64,000 nucleotides of DNA, taken from assembly GCA_963827475.1 (NCBI GenBank), contig CAWHAZ010000002.1, forward strand, positions 94,141-158,140. The letters are read 5' to 3'. Position numbers and translations under genes: made by a program. Source of the DNA: an uncultured Chloroflexia bacterium. Lineage in GTDB: Bacteria; Chloroflexota; Limnocylindria; QHBO01. Every line of letters begins with the position of its first letter. The stretch's first letter is position 1. The notes beneath the pieces were generated by a model, which saw only the letters and a program-made list of their open reading frames with translations, had not been told where the DNA came from and did not search any database. Shown here one piece after another: positions 21,223 to 31,009 of the stretch.

Positions 21223-22581
21223 ATGACCACCGAGACCGCGCCGACCCAGCTCGATCCGCGCGCCGATGACTCGGCCGTGTGGCTGGCGCGCCGCGCCGGT
21301 GTCCCCGCCGTGTGGGCCCGCTACACGGACCTCGTCGTGGACCGCGGGGAGGGGTCGTGGGTCATCACCGCCGACGGCGATCGGTACCTCGACTACACCT
21401 GCGGGATCGGGGTCACGAACACCGGCCACGCCCATCCGCGCGTGTCGGCGGCCATCGCCGAGCAGGCGGGCAAGATCATCCACGCCCAGCAGAACATCCT
21501 GTACCACAAGCCCGGCCTCGAGCTCCACGAGCGGCTGCCGCGCTACTTCCCGGGTGCGACCGATGGCGTGGACGCGGCCGGCAACGAGATCGGCCTGTTC
21601 CTGTCGAACTCCGGCGCCGAGGCGATCGAGGCCGCCGTCAAGCTGGCGAAGATCGCGACCCATCGGCCGGCGATCGTCGCGTTCCGCGGCGGCTTCCACG
21701 GCCGGACGCACGGGACGATGTCCCTGACCTCGTCCGCGATCAAGAACCGCGGCCATTACGAGCCGCTGCTGGCCTCGGCGTACTTCGCGCCATACCCGTA
21801 TGCCCTCCGCAACCCGACGGGGCGGACCGATGCCGACGCCCTGGCCTGGACGATGTCGCAGCTCGACGAGCTGTTCGCCACGCTGGTGTTCCCCGAGGAC
21901 GTGGCCGCGTTCCTGGTCGAGCCGGTGCTCGGGGAGGGCGGGTACGTCGTGCCGCCGGACGGGTTCCTCCCCGCCCTGCGGGAGGTGGCCGACCGCCACG
22001 GGATCCTGCTCATCGTCGACGAGGTCCAGTCCGGCTACGGCCGCACGGGCCGCTTCTTCGCCACCGAGTGGAGTGGCACGCGCCCGGACATCGTGGTCAT
22101 GGCCAAGGGCATTGCCTCGGGCATGCCGCTGTCGGGCATCCTCGCCTCGCGCGAGCTGCTGAACCGATTCCCGCCCGGTGGCCACGGCGGCACCTACGGC
22201 GGCAACGCGGTGGCGTGCGCGGCGGCGGTCGCGACCCTCGACGTGTTCGAGGACGAGGGCCTCACCGCCCGGGCCGAGTCGCTGGGCCACCGCCTGCTCG
22301 ACGGCCTGCGTCAGGCCGCGGCGGGCAACCCGTACGTGGCCGAGGTGCGCGGGCGCGGCCTGATGGTCGGCATCGAGTTCGCGGACCCCGAGACCCTCGC
22401 CCCGCGACCGGACCTGGCCAAGGCCACCCTCACCGACGCGCTCATGCATCGGCTCCTGCTCCTGTCCTGCGGGACGTGGGGCCAGGTCGTGCGCGTCATC
22501 CCGCCGCTGGTGACCACCGAGGCCGAGATCGACCAGGCCGTGGCCCTCATCGGTTCCGCGCTGGAGACCGCGACCTCCTAG
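21223..22581 (+). CDS. Class III aminotransferase (4-aminobutyrate aminotransferase-like)
   Basis: NSGAEAIE, FHGRT, EPVLGEGG, DEVQSG.GRTG, AKGIASG, GGTYGGN. Confidence 0.88.
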   Translation: MTTETAPTQLDPRADDSAVWLARRAGVPAVWARYTDLVVDRGEGSWVITADGDRYLDYTCGIGVTNTGHAHPRVSAAIAEQAGKIIHAQQNILYHKPGLELHERLPRYFPGATDGVDAAGNEIGLFLSNSGAEAIEAAVKLAKIATHRPAIVAFRGGFHGRTHGTMSLTSSAIKNRGHYEPLLASAYFAPYPYALRNPTGRTDADALAWTMSQLDELFATLVFPEDVAAFLVEPVLGEGGYVVPPDGFLPALREVADRHGILLIVDEVQSGYGRTGRFFATEWSGTRPDIVVMAKGIASGMPLSGILASRELLNRFPPGGHGGTYGGNAVACAAAVATLDVFEDEGLTARAESLGHRLLDGLRQAAAGNPYVAEVRGRGLMVGIEFADPETLAPRPDLAKATLTDALMHRLLLLSCGTWGQVVRVIPPLVTTEAEIDQAVALIGSALETATS

Positions 22582-22893
22582 CGGTAGCGCTCCAGCCGCT
22601 CCAGCGTGGCGTTGGCCGCGGTCCAGTCGGCCTCGGTCGGCTGCTCCCCGGGGTGCAGGTGGAGGAGCGGCACCACGTTCCAGGCGGGGCCATCGCGTCG
22701 CGGGATGTGGATCGACAGATCGCCCCGGTCGAGGAGCGCGACCACCGTGGCGCCGCCGGTCCCGCCGTCGATGACCGCCCGGACCAGGCTGTCGACGAAC
22801 GCCTCCGCGCCACCGAACTCCAGACCGATGCGCATCGCCAGCAGGCCGCTGTCGGGCAGAGACAGGCGCTGATCCCGACTGGTCGCCGGTCAC
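22578..22893 (-). CDS. Hypothetical protein (5' end frameshifted)
   Basis: Plausible coding frame LAMRIGLEFGGAEAFVDSL..ERLERYR; start approximate. Confidence 0.5.
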
Positions 22894-22904
22894 GCCGCGT
22901 ACGG

Positions 22905-23314
22905 TCACGCCCCCACCGCGTCGAGGATCCAGCGCGAAGACGACGCCACCGCCGACCACGGTCAGGACCAGCGACCACCACGATCAGCACGAAGCCCAGG
23001 GCGCTGGCCCAGGCGCGGCACCCGCGCCTCGGTCGCGTCCGACGGAGCGTCAGGGCGCCGCAATCCAGGTCGCGAGCGCATCGCCGTCGACCCGGGTCTC
23101 GACGTCCTCGTCGAACGGCATGACACGACCCGTTCCCGCCCGGTCTCGGCCACCGAGCCAGGCTCGGTCAGGACCAGGACGCGCGGCTGATCCGCCTGGC
23201 GGAGGAGCAGGGCGTGGTCGCCGGATGCGTTGGTCAGCGGCTCGGCCTCGACCGTGCCGCGGCCCACTGGGAGCAGCGCGCCAGTCGACTCAGCGCCCAT
23301 CGGTTCTCACGCAT
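22905..23314 (-). CDS. Hypothetical protein with C-terminal TM helix (multiple frameshifts)
   Basis: Pieces EAEPLTNASGDHALLL, PFDEDVETRVDG, ALGFVLIVVV..WILDAVGA* across frames. Confidence 0.4.
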
Positions 23315-23431
23315 TCCGAGGATACCCGGTCGCTCAGTCGGTGCTACTGTCGATCTCGTCCCGTCCCGTTCGTCGTAGAGATAGCGGCGACACGATTCGG
23401 TCGCTGCACCAGCCATCCACAGGAGAACCCG

Positions 23432-23844
23432 ATGAAGCTACGCCATCCTGATCTTCGACGAGAACACTGCCGACTCCTCCTCCCGAACCCGCCCGACCCG
23501 GCGGAGTGGGCCAAGGTGACTGAGGACTACAACGCGTACACGCAAGATGCTCCCGACACCGGTGCTTCGTCGCCGGCGAGGCGCTCCAGCCGAACCCGAC
23601 TGCCACGACCATCCGCATCCAAGCGACGGCAAGACGCTGACCACCGATGGACCGTTCGCCGAGACGAAGGAAGCCCTCGGCGGCTTCTACATCGTCGAGG
23701 CTCGCGACCTGGACCACGCCCTCGAGCTGGGCAGGCCTGCCCGGGCGCTGTGGTACGGGCTCGATCGAGGTCCGGCCCGTGTGGCCTTCCCGGACGTGCG
23801 GAGCTGTCCCCGTCGGCGAGGGCGCGGCCGTCACATCGGCCTGA
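23432..23844 (+). CDS. YciI family protein (multiple frameshifts)
   Basis: AGGAG RBS + ATG; [44 protein letters not shown]. Confidence 0.8.
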
Positions 23845-23866
23845 CCGATCGGCTCGCTGATCGCCG

Positions 23867-25172
23867 TTGGCGACTGCAACGGGACTCCCCGACGAGGTCA
23901 GTCGACCGCCTGTTCCGCGAACGATCACGGACGGGCGGTCGCGACCCTCATCCGGCGTCCTCGGCGACTTCGACCTGGCCGAGGAGTCGCATCCAGGACG
24001 CCTACGTCGTGGCCCTCGAGAAGTGGCCGAAGCGACTGGCCTGCCGCCAATCCGGCGGCGTGGATCATCGCCACCGCCCGCAACCGGGCCATCGACCGCC
24101 TTGCGCCGCGCGAAGCGCCTGGACCGAGAAGGAGGCGATTCTCGAGCGCGAGGCGGAGATCGCGACCGGCCGATGCCGCGACCGCGGAGGTCGACGTCGC
24201 TCGGACGCGGACGAGGAGCCGATGACCATTCCCGACGATCGGCTGCGGCTGATCTTCACCTGCTGCCACCCGGCGCTCGCGCCCGAGTCGCGGATCGCGC
24301 TGACCCTGTGGACCCTCGGCGGCCTGACGACCGCTGAGATCGCCCGGGCATTCCTCGTCCCCGAACCGACCCTCGCCCAGCGCCTGGTGCGGGCCAAGCG
24401 AAAGATTCGCGATGCCGGCGATCCCGTACCGCGTCCCGCCGGCCGAGGTCCTCCTCCCGAGCGGCTGGACGACGTCTCGCGGGTCCTGTACCTCATCTTC
24501 AACGAGGGCTACGACGCGTCATCGGGGCGAGGCCTCATCCGTCGCGAGCTGTGCGCCGAAGCGATTCGCCTGGCGCGGGTGCTGGCCTGCTCATGCCCGA
24601 CGAGCCGGAGGTCGATCGGGCTGCTCGCGCTCATGCTCCTGACCGATGCCCGGCGGCCGGCACGGGTCGGCGCCGACGGCGAGCTGGTGCTGCTGGCGGC
24701 CCAGGACCGGACGAAGTGGGACCGGGCGAAGCATCGCCGAGGGAGCAGGTGCTCGTCGAGCGCGCGGCTGCGGGCGGCCCATCCGGGCCCGTACCAGCTG
24801 CAAGCGGCCATCGCGGCCGATTCATGACGCGGCCGCCGGCGGCAGACGGACCGAACTGGGCGCGAGATCGTCGATCCTGTACGACGCGCTGTGAGGATGT
24901 GCACCCGACGCCGATCGTCGAGCTCAACCGGGCCGCGGCGGTGGCCATGGCTTCCGGTCCCGCGGCCGGCCTGGCCATCATGGACGAGCTTGTCAGCGAG
25001 GGGGCGCTGGCCGATTACCCGTACCTCCACTCCGCCCGTGCCGATCTCCTCCGCCGCCTCGACCGCCGTGACGAGGCCGCGAGGCGTACCAACGGGCCGC
25101 GGCGCTGACCACGAACGAGGCGGAACAGTCATTCCTCGCCCGCCGCTCCGCGGAGATGTCACGGCTCCGTGA
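23867..25172 (+). CDS. ECF RNA polymerase sigma factor with long C-terminal extension, YciI-associated type (multiple frameshifts)
   Basis: [67 protein letters not shown]. Confidence 0.85.
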
Positions 25173-25335
25173 CTCCCGCCGGCGGTGACGCCGGGCACAT
25201 GGGTCCTTGGTCAGCCCCTCTTCGCCGTTCGACCCCTGGCTCCAAGGTCCGCGCCACCGCGCCAATTCGGCCATCGAGACGTGCCGGGCCCATCCCTAGT
25301 CTGGCTTCGAACTTATCCGCTTTGAGGTCCTGACC

Positions 25336-25761
25336 ATGCGTACACATCGATCATCCCGGCGTAGACACAGGCCGCTGGCCGTGCTCCTGGCCGGGCTCGC
25401 GCTCATCCTGACCACGTCGATCGCGTTCGCCGGTGGCAACGGCGGGACGGTCAAGGTCCACTCCAGTGATGGATCCGAGCCCGCGGTCGAGGCCCGCAAC
25501 GAGCCGCACGTGACCTGTCCGTTCCACCTGCATTTCTTCCATCGGACGGAGGGGCAGAGCGGAAGCTGGACGGTCACCGCCGACGACGGCGTGGGCATGA
25601 CCAGCGGCACCTACACCACCGATGCCAACGGCGAAGCCCGCACCGGCGGCGTGTTCATGGCCGCCGGCCACTACACGGTCTCGTGGCAGGGTGAATCGGA
25701 AAACAATGCGAAGCACAAGACCTTCTGGGTGGCAGGGGGGTGCGACACCCCCGGCGGCTGA
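25336..25761 (+). CDS. Small secreted hypothetical protein
   Basis: Signal peptide ending AFA; GGNGGTVKVH, NEPHVTCPF, KHKTFWV. Confidence 0.7.
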   Translation: MRTHRSSRRRHRPLAVLLAGLALILTTSIAFAGGNGGTVKVHSSDGSEPAVEARNEPHVTCPFHLHFFHRTEGQSGSWTVTADDGVGMTSGTYTTDANGEARTGGVFMAAGHYTVSWQGESENNAKHKTFWVAGGCDTPGG

Positions 25762-25786
25762 GCCCGCAGCACCAGTCCAGGGTCAC

Positions 25787-25813
25787 CGGACCCCCGCCCC
25801 GCGCGGGGGTCCG
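25787..25813. terminator. GC-rich hairpin between convergent genes
   Basis: CGGACCCCCGC-cccgc-GCGGGGGTCCG, 11-bp perfect stem; no U-tract. Confidence 0.55.
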
Positions 25814-26749
25814 TTACAGCCCGTCGAGCAGTGCGAGGGCCGGCGCGATGGCGCGGATGCTGTCCGCGGTGATCGGGTCGAGGACGAGCTGGACGTGGCC
25901 GACGCCCTCCGCCGCGAGGGCCCGCAGCTCGGTCGCGAGGGCCTCCGGCTCCCCGAGGTGCGGGGCTACTTCCGGGCGGTCGTGGCTGCCCTGGGGCCGC
26001 CCCTCTCCACCGGGAAGGGTCACCAGCAGGGCGACGGTTCGCTCGAGCGTCGCCGGGTCACGCCCGACCGCCCGGCATGCGGCGTCGATCTGGTCGCGGA
26101 GCGCCGGATAGCCCTCCGCCGAGTTGCCGTACCAGGTGAACCACGCGTTCCACGACTGCACGTGGGGGAGGGTGATGGACAGCATCCGCTCCCCCATCGA
26201 CCCGACCATCAGCGGCGGCCCGTGCGGCCGCGGCCCGCGAGGGATCAGCTCGGCATCGGTAACGCTGTAGTAATTCCCCGAAAAGTCGCAGCGGCCATCA
26301 TGGAGCAGGGTCCGGATGATGGTGAATGCCTCCTCGAAGCGGCTGACCCGGTGGTCGAATGGGTATCCGTAAGCGCGGTACTCGGTCTCGTTCCAGCCCG
26401 CGCCGAGGCCCAGGATCAGCCGGCCCTGGCTGATCTCGTCGAGGGTGGCGGCCTTCTTGGCGATCATCGCCGGGTTGTGGAACGAGGTGGCCGCGACCAA
26501 CGGACCGATCTCGATCCGATGCGTGATCGCGGCGATGGCCGCCAGCTGGGTCCACGCCTCCCACGGCCCGCGGGCGGGCTGGATCTCGTTGCCCGCGTCG
26601 TCGAGATATCGGTACAGGAGGTGGTCGCCGACCCAGATGGAGTCCAGCCCGACCTCTTCCGCCGCGAGCGCCATCTCCCGGATGTCCGGCCAGCGCGGCA
26701 CCCACTCGACCTCGGGGAGCTGCACTCCAACCTTCAGCGGTCGCGTCAT
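25814..26749 (-). CDS. LLM class flavin-dependent oxidoreductase
   Basis: AEEVGLDSIWVGDH, AATLDEISQGRLILGLGAGW, PPLMVG. Confidence 0.9.
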   Translation of the reverse strand: MTRPLKVGVQLPEVEWVPRWPDIREMALAAEEVGLDSIWVGDHLLYRYLDDAGNEIQPARGPWEAWTQLAAIAAITHRIEIGPLVAATSFHNPAMIAKKAATLDEISQGRLILGLGAGWNETEYRAYGYPFDHRVSRFEEAFTIIRTLLHDGRCDFSGNYYSVTDAELIPRGPRPHGPPLMVGSMGERMLSITLPHVQSWNAWFTWYGNSAEGYPALRDQIDAACRAVGRDPATLERTVALLVTLPGGEGRPQGSHDRPEVAPHLGEPEALATELRALAAEGVGHVQLVLDPITADSIRAIAPALALLDGL

Positions 26750-26804
26750 GGGCGAATTGTCGACGATCCGCGGTGGAGGCATGGCGCCCGTGGGGCCGCG
26801 GTGC

Positions 26805-26837
26805 TCTATAGCATCTACGCTATAGAACTGGTAGACT
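26805..26837 (+). promoter_or_regulatory. Inverted-repeat operator plus -10 box upstream of the XRE/NTase pair
   Basis: TCTATAGC-N6-GCTATAGA (26805-26826), TAGACT (26832-26837), ATG 7 nt later. Confidence 0.65.
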
Positions 26838-26844
26838 CCAGCCG

Positions 26845-27156
26845 ATGCGGACCGCGAACCTCCTTCGACACGCGCGACGCCGGGCCGGCCTGACCCAGGT
26901 CGAGCTGGCGGCGTTGGCGGGTGTCCCCCAGTCGACCGTCGGCCGGATCGAAACTGACCGGATCAACCCCACGATCGGAACGCTGCGCCTCCTCCTCAAC
27001 GCCGCTGGGCAGGACCTCGAGCTCGCGCCGCTGGCCGGACGGGAGGAGGACCGGAGCCTCATCCGCGACCGCCTGCAGCTGACCCCGGCCTCCCGGGCCC
27101 GACTCGCCATCCAGGAGGCGCGGTTCGAGGCCAGCCTCCGGTCTCCCCGCGCATGA
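26845..27156 (+). CDS. XRE-family HTH protein (putative antitoxin/regulator)
   Basis: LRHARRRAGLTQVELAALAGVPQSTVGRIE..P...TL. Confidence 0.85.
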   Translation: MRTANLLRHARRRAGLTQVELAALAGVPQSTVGRIETDRINPTIGTLRLLLNAAGQDLELAPLAGREEDRSLIRDRLQLTPASRARLAIQEARFEASLRSPRA

Positions 27157-27656
27157 CGACCGAACGCCAGTTCGACCCGATTCGCTCGTTCCAGACCCTG
27201 AACCGGCACGGCGTCCAGTACGTCGTCATCGGCGGCTTCGCGGGCAAGCTCCTGGGGTCGACGATCCTGACCGTCGACATCGACGTCTGTTACTCCCGGG
27301 ATCCGAAGAACCTCGAGCGGCTCGCGGCGGCGCTGCGCGAGCTGCATGCCGAGCTCCGCGGCGCCGACACGAGTCTCCCCTTCCGACTCGACGCGCGCAC
27401 CCTCCGCAGGGGTGACAACTTCACCTTCGTGACCGATGCCGGCGATCTCGACATCCTCGGCATGCCGCCCGGATCCGGCGGCTACGAAGCCCTGCGCCGC
27501 AATGCCACCGAGCTCGACCTTGGCGAGGTCACGGTCTGGGTGGCCGGCATCGAGGACCTTATCGCCATGAAGCGAGCCTCGGGCCGGTTGCGGGACCTCG
27601 CCCACCTCGAGGTGCTGGCCGCACTCCGGGACGAGATCGAGACCCAGAAGGGCTGA
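27153..27656 (+). CDS. Nucleotidyltransferase-fold protein (putative toxin)
   Basis: YVVIGGFA..TVDIDV; IEDLIAMKRASGRLRD; ATGA overlap with the XRE gene. Confidence 0.78.
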   Translation: MTTERQFDPIRSFQTLNRHGVQYVVIGGFAGKLLGSTILTVDIDVCYSRDPKNLERLAAALRELHAELRGADTSLPFRLDARTLRRGDNFTFVTDAGDLDILGMPPGSGGYEALRRNATELDLGEVTVWVAGIEDLIAMKRASGRLRDLAHLEVLAALRDEIETQKG

Positions 27657-27708
27657 ATGGGTGGGGATGGAACCTCACGAAATACCGATGCCGCCCGTTT
27701 CAACAGCC

Positions 27709-28857
27709 ATGAACGCCCAACAGCTTCCCGCCGAGGCGGAGATGGTCCGCGCGATGACCGCACGGGACCCCGAGGCGGACGGCACGTTCTACGTCGCGGT
27801 CCGCACGACCGGGGTCTTCTGCCGCCCGACCTGCCCGTCCCGCACGCCACTCCCCCAGAACGTCGAGTTCCACGCCACGCCGTGGGAGGCGCTCGTCGCC
27901 GGCTTCCGGCCCTGTCGTCGGTGCTGGCCGATGGGCCGCCCGGACGGGAGTCAGTCGCTGATGACCATCACGCGGATCGAAACCCCTCTCGGCACGATGG
28001 TCGCGGCCGCGGTCGACCAGGGACTGGTCGTGCTGGACTTCGCCGATCGACGCGCGGCCCGGACCGCGTTGCGGAACGCGTCGCGGCGGCTGAAGGCCAC
28101 CCCGACCATCGGCCGCCACCCGCACCTGGACACACTGCGAACCCAGCTGGACGAGTACTTCGCCGGCGCCCGCACGACCTTCGACCTGCCGCTCGCGCCG
28201 CGGGGCACGGCCTTCGAAGAATCGGTCTGGTCATGGCTGCGCACCATCCCGCCCGGCCAGACCCGAACCTACGCGGAGGGCGCCTCGGCCGTCGGGCGGC
28301 CGCAGGCGGTCCGGGCCATCGGTCGAGCCAACGGCGCGAACCCGCTGGCCATCGTCGTGCCCTGCCACCGGGTCATCGGCTCCGACGGCGACCTCACCGG
28401 CTATGGCGGCGGCCTGTGGCGCAAGCGCGCGCTGCTGGACCTCGAAGCCGGACTGTGGCGGCCTCGCTCAGGTCGCGGAAGGACGTCGGTAGACGACGAC
28501 GCGCCAGTACCAGGGCCCGCCGTCGTGGACGACCTCGTACCCCGCCTCGCCCATCAACCGGTCCACGGTGGCGTGGCGGTGGATGTACCAGCTCTCCGGA
28601 CTTCGCCGCGCTCTCCACCACAGGTTCATCACGCGCATCGCGAGCCGCAGCCACCAGGCGTCGTGGGCATAGCTGAGGCCCACCACCCGCGGACGCGGCA
28701 CGAGCAGGGCGCTGACCAGCCGATCAACGTTCGGGTAGCAGCACACCACCGAGTCGGCGACCACCACCTCCGCCGGCGGGAGTGCGTCCGCGAGCTCCAC
28801 GACATCCCCATACCGATGCTCGACGCGATCCCCGAGTCCCCGCCGATCCGCCTCTGA
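27709..28857 (+). CDS. Ada zinc-binding domain fused to methylated-DNA-protein-cysteine methyltransferase; homology ends near 28455
   Basis: AVRTTGVFCRPTC..GFRPCRRC; RAIGRANGAN..IVVPCHRVIG..LTGYGGGL; tail overlaps the convergent gene. Confidence 0.85.
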   Translation: MNAQQLPAEAEMVRAMTARDPEADGTFYVAVRTTGVFCRPTCPSRTPLPQNVEFHATPWEALVAGFRPCRRCWPMGRPDGSQSLMTITRIETPLGTMVAAAVDQGLVVLDFADRRAARTALRNASRRLKATPTIGRHPHLDTLRTQLDEYFAGARTTFDLPLAPRGTAFEESVWSWLRTIPPGQTRTYAEGASAVGRPQAVRAIGRANGANPLAIVVPCHRVIGSDGDLTGYGGGLWRKRALLDLEAGLWRPRSGRGRTSVDDDAPVPGPAVVDDLVPRLAHQPVHGGVAVDVPALRTSPRSPPQVHHAHREPQPPGVVGIAEAHHPRTRHEQGADQPINVRVAAHHRVGDHHLRRRECVRELHDIPIPMLDAIPESPPIRL

Positions 28858-29151
28858 ACGAGCGGCAGCCAGGTACTCCTTCGAGGCGTCGACATCCACC
28901 GCTCGCGCGGCGCCGGCCTCGAGCAGGGCGAGGTGCGCCGCCCCGACCCCGGCGCCGACGTCGATCACCGTCGCGCCGGTAACCCCTTCCCGGAGCACGG
29001 CAGCGAGCAGCTCGGCGGTCTCCTCGCGAGGACCGCGCTCGCGCAGCCGGTCCAGGTCGGTTTCCCAGTCCTGCCCGTCACATCCGATCCGCTCCAGGTC
29101 CGCATCGCAGCAGAATCCGCCCCGTCTGCCCGTCGGATCGCCCAGGCCCAT
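28468..29151 (-). CDS. Class I SAM-dependent methyltransferase
   Basis: VIDVGAGVG, AVDVDAS, GDVV, VVADSVVCCYP. Confidence 0.8.
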   Translation of the reverse strand: MGLGDPTGRRGGFCCDADLERIGCDGQDWETDLDRLRERGPREETAELLAAVLREGVTGATVIDVGAGVGAAHLALLEAGAARAVDVDASKEYLAAARSEADRRGLGDRVEHRYGDVVELADALPPAEVVVADSVVCCYPNVDRLVSALLVPRPRVVGLSYAHDAWWLRLAMRVMNLWWRARRSPESWYIHRHATVDRLMGEAGYEVVHDGGPWYWRVVVYRRPSAT

Positions 29152-29299
29152 GGACCGATCGTCAGGCGCGTGTCAAGCAACGGGACGGGGCACTCTGCGG
29201 GATAAAGCGGAGGCCGGTCCGATGGCGTAGACTCCCTCGGTCCGCGCCCTGCGCCGCAGCGAGCGCCCGCGGACCCACCCACGGGAGAACCGACCGCGC

Positions 29300-30977
29300 A
29301 TGACTGCTGCCTCCGAGGCCACCGCCGGCGACATCCACGCCTACGATCAGGCGCCCATTCCGCTCCCCCAACGGCAGCGGATGGAGATCTTCGCCGTCGT
29401 CCTGCTGGGCATGTTCCTGTCGGCCCTCGACAACACGATCGTGGGTACCGCCCTCCCGGTCATCGTGACCGAGCTGAATGGCAACGACGTCTACATCTGG
29501 CCCTTCACCGCGTACCTCCTGACGGCCACGGTGAGCGGGCCCATCTGGGGCAAGACGTCGGACATCTTCGGCCGGCGGTCCATCTTCCTGCTCGGCGTCA
29601 GCATCTTCCTGATCGGCTCGGCGCTCTGCGGCATCGCCCAGGAAATGTGGCAGTTCATCGCCTTCCGTGGGCTGCAGGGCCTTGGCGCCGGGGCGCTGTT
29701 CCCGGTCGCGCTGGCCATCATCGGTGACATCTTTGCCCCCTCCGAGCGGGGCAAGTACCAGGGCTTCTTCGGGGCGATGTTCGGGATCGCGTTCCTCATC
29801 GGTCCGGCCATTGGTGGGCTCATCACCGACAACATCGGCTGGCCACTGGATCTTCTACGTGAACATCCCGCTGGGCCTGATCGTGCTGGTCGTCATCTGG
29901 CGCACCCTGCCCAGCCATCGGGTCGAGGGCGCCAGCAGCAGCATCGACTACCTGGGGGCCGCGCTGCTCGTCGCAGCCCTCGTCCCCGTCCTCCTCGGCT
30001 TCACGAACCTGCAGTTCGGCGAATGGACCGATCCCGACGTCGGGGGGCTGATCCTCCTTGGCCTCGTTTTCCTCGGGGCCTTCCTGTGGGCCGAGTCGCG
30101 CGCGACGAATCCCATCGTCCCGCTCCACATGTTCCGGATCCCCGCCTTCCGGGCCAGCGTGGCGGCCATGTTCCTCGCCGCCGTCGGCTTCTTCGCCGCG
30201 GTCGTCTTCATGCCTCGCTGGTTCCAGGTGGTCGACGGCAGCTCGGCGACACAGTCTGGCTACCAGATCCTGCCCCTCGTCGGCGGGCTCATCGTGGCGG
30301 CCATCGGCTCCGGCCAGATCGTGGCCCGCACCGGCCGCTACAAGGCGCTCATCCTCGGCTCGATGCTCCTCCTGGCGCTGGGCCTGTTCCTGCTGACCAA
30401 CATCCGGCCCGACACCCCCATTCCGTTCCTGTGGTTCGCGATGTTCATCACCGGCCTGGGCATCGGTCCGGCGTTCGCCGTCTTCACCCTGGTCGTCCAG
30501 AACAGCGTGCCGCCCGAAGAGCTGGGCGCCGGCACCTCCAGCCTGACCCTGTTCCAGCAGGTGGGAGGGACGATTGGTCTGGCCATCACCGGGTCCCTGT
30601 TCACAACGGTCCTGCTTGACGAGGTCCCGAAGCAGCTGGTGGACGGGGGAGTTCCGCCGGCATTCGCAGACGCTTTCACGTCCGGTGGGGGTGAAGCGCT
30701 GAATCAGATCGCCGGCGTTGGCGACCTGGGGGCCGCCATCCTGGCCCAGGTCCCGCCCGAGTTCCAGGCCCAGGTCGAGCCTTTCATCCCGGCCATCGTG
30801 GACGCCATCCACACGGCGTTCTCGATCGCGACCGGGGCGACGTTCGTGATCGGGATCGTCACCGCGCTCATGGCCGCGGTCGTGGTGGCGATCTGGATGC
30901 CGAACACCCGGATGCGAGAGATGGCCGAGCAGCGGCCCGAGGCCGCCGCGTCCCAGCTGGAACCCGCCACCGACTGA
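29300..30977 (+). CDS. DHA2/MDR-family MFS efflux transporter (frameshift near 29840)
   Basis: LSALDNTIVGTALP, GKTSDIFGRR, GPAIGGLITD then WIFYVNIPLG in shifted frame. Confidence 0.88.
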
Positions 30978-31009
30978 ACCAATCTCCACCGAACCGCCGT
31001 AGTGGGGGC

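Noticed and set aside
17072-22581. Polyamine ABC transporter with aminotransferase as a novel system
   Set aside because: Ordinary polyamine uptake and catabolism arrangement
20290-22959. 889-aa minus-strand ORF, and similar long ORFs at 10054-12237, 45156-47792 and 52289-54487
   Set aside because: Antisense shadows of well-supported genes in high-GC DNA; no recognisable motifs
25305-25336. GAACTT as an ECF -35 box for the secreted protein
   Set aside because: No convincing -10 element at the expected spacing
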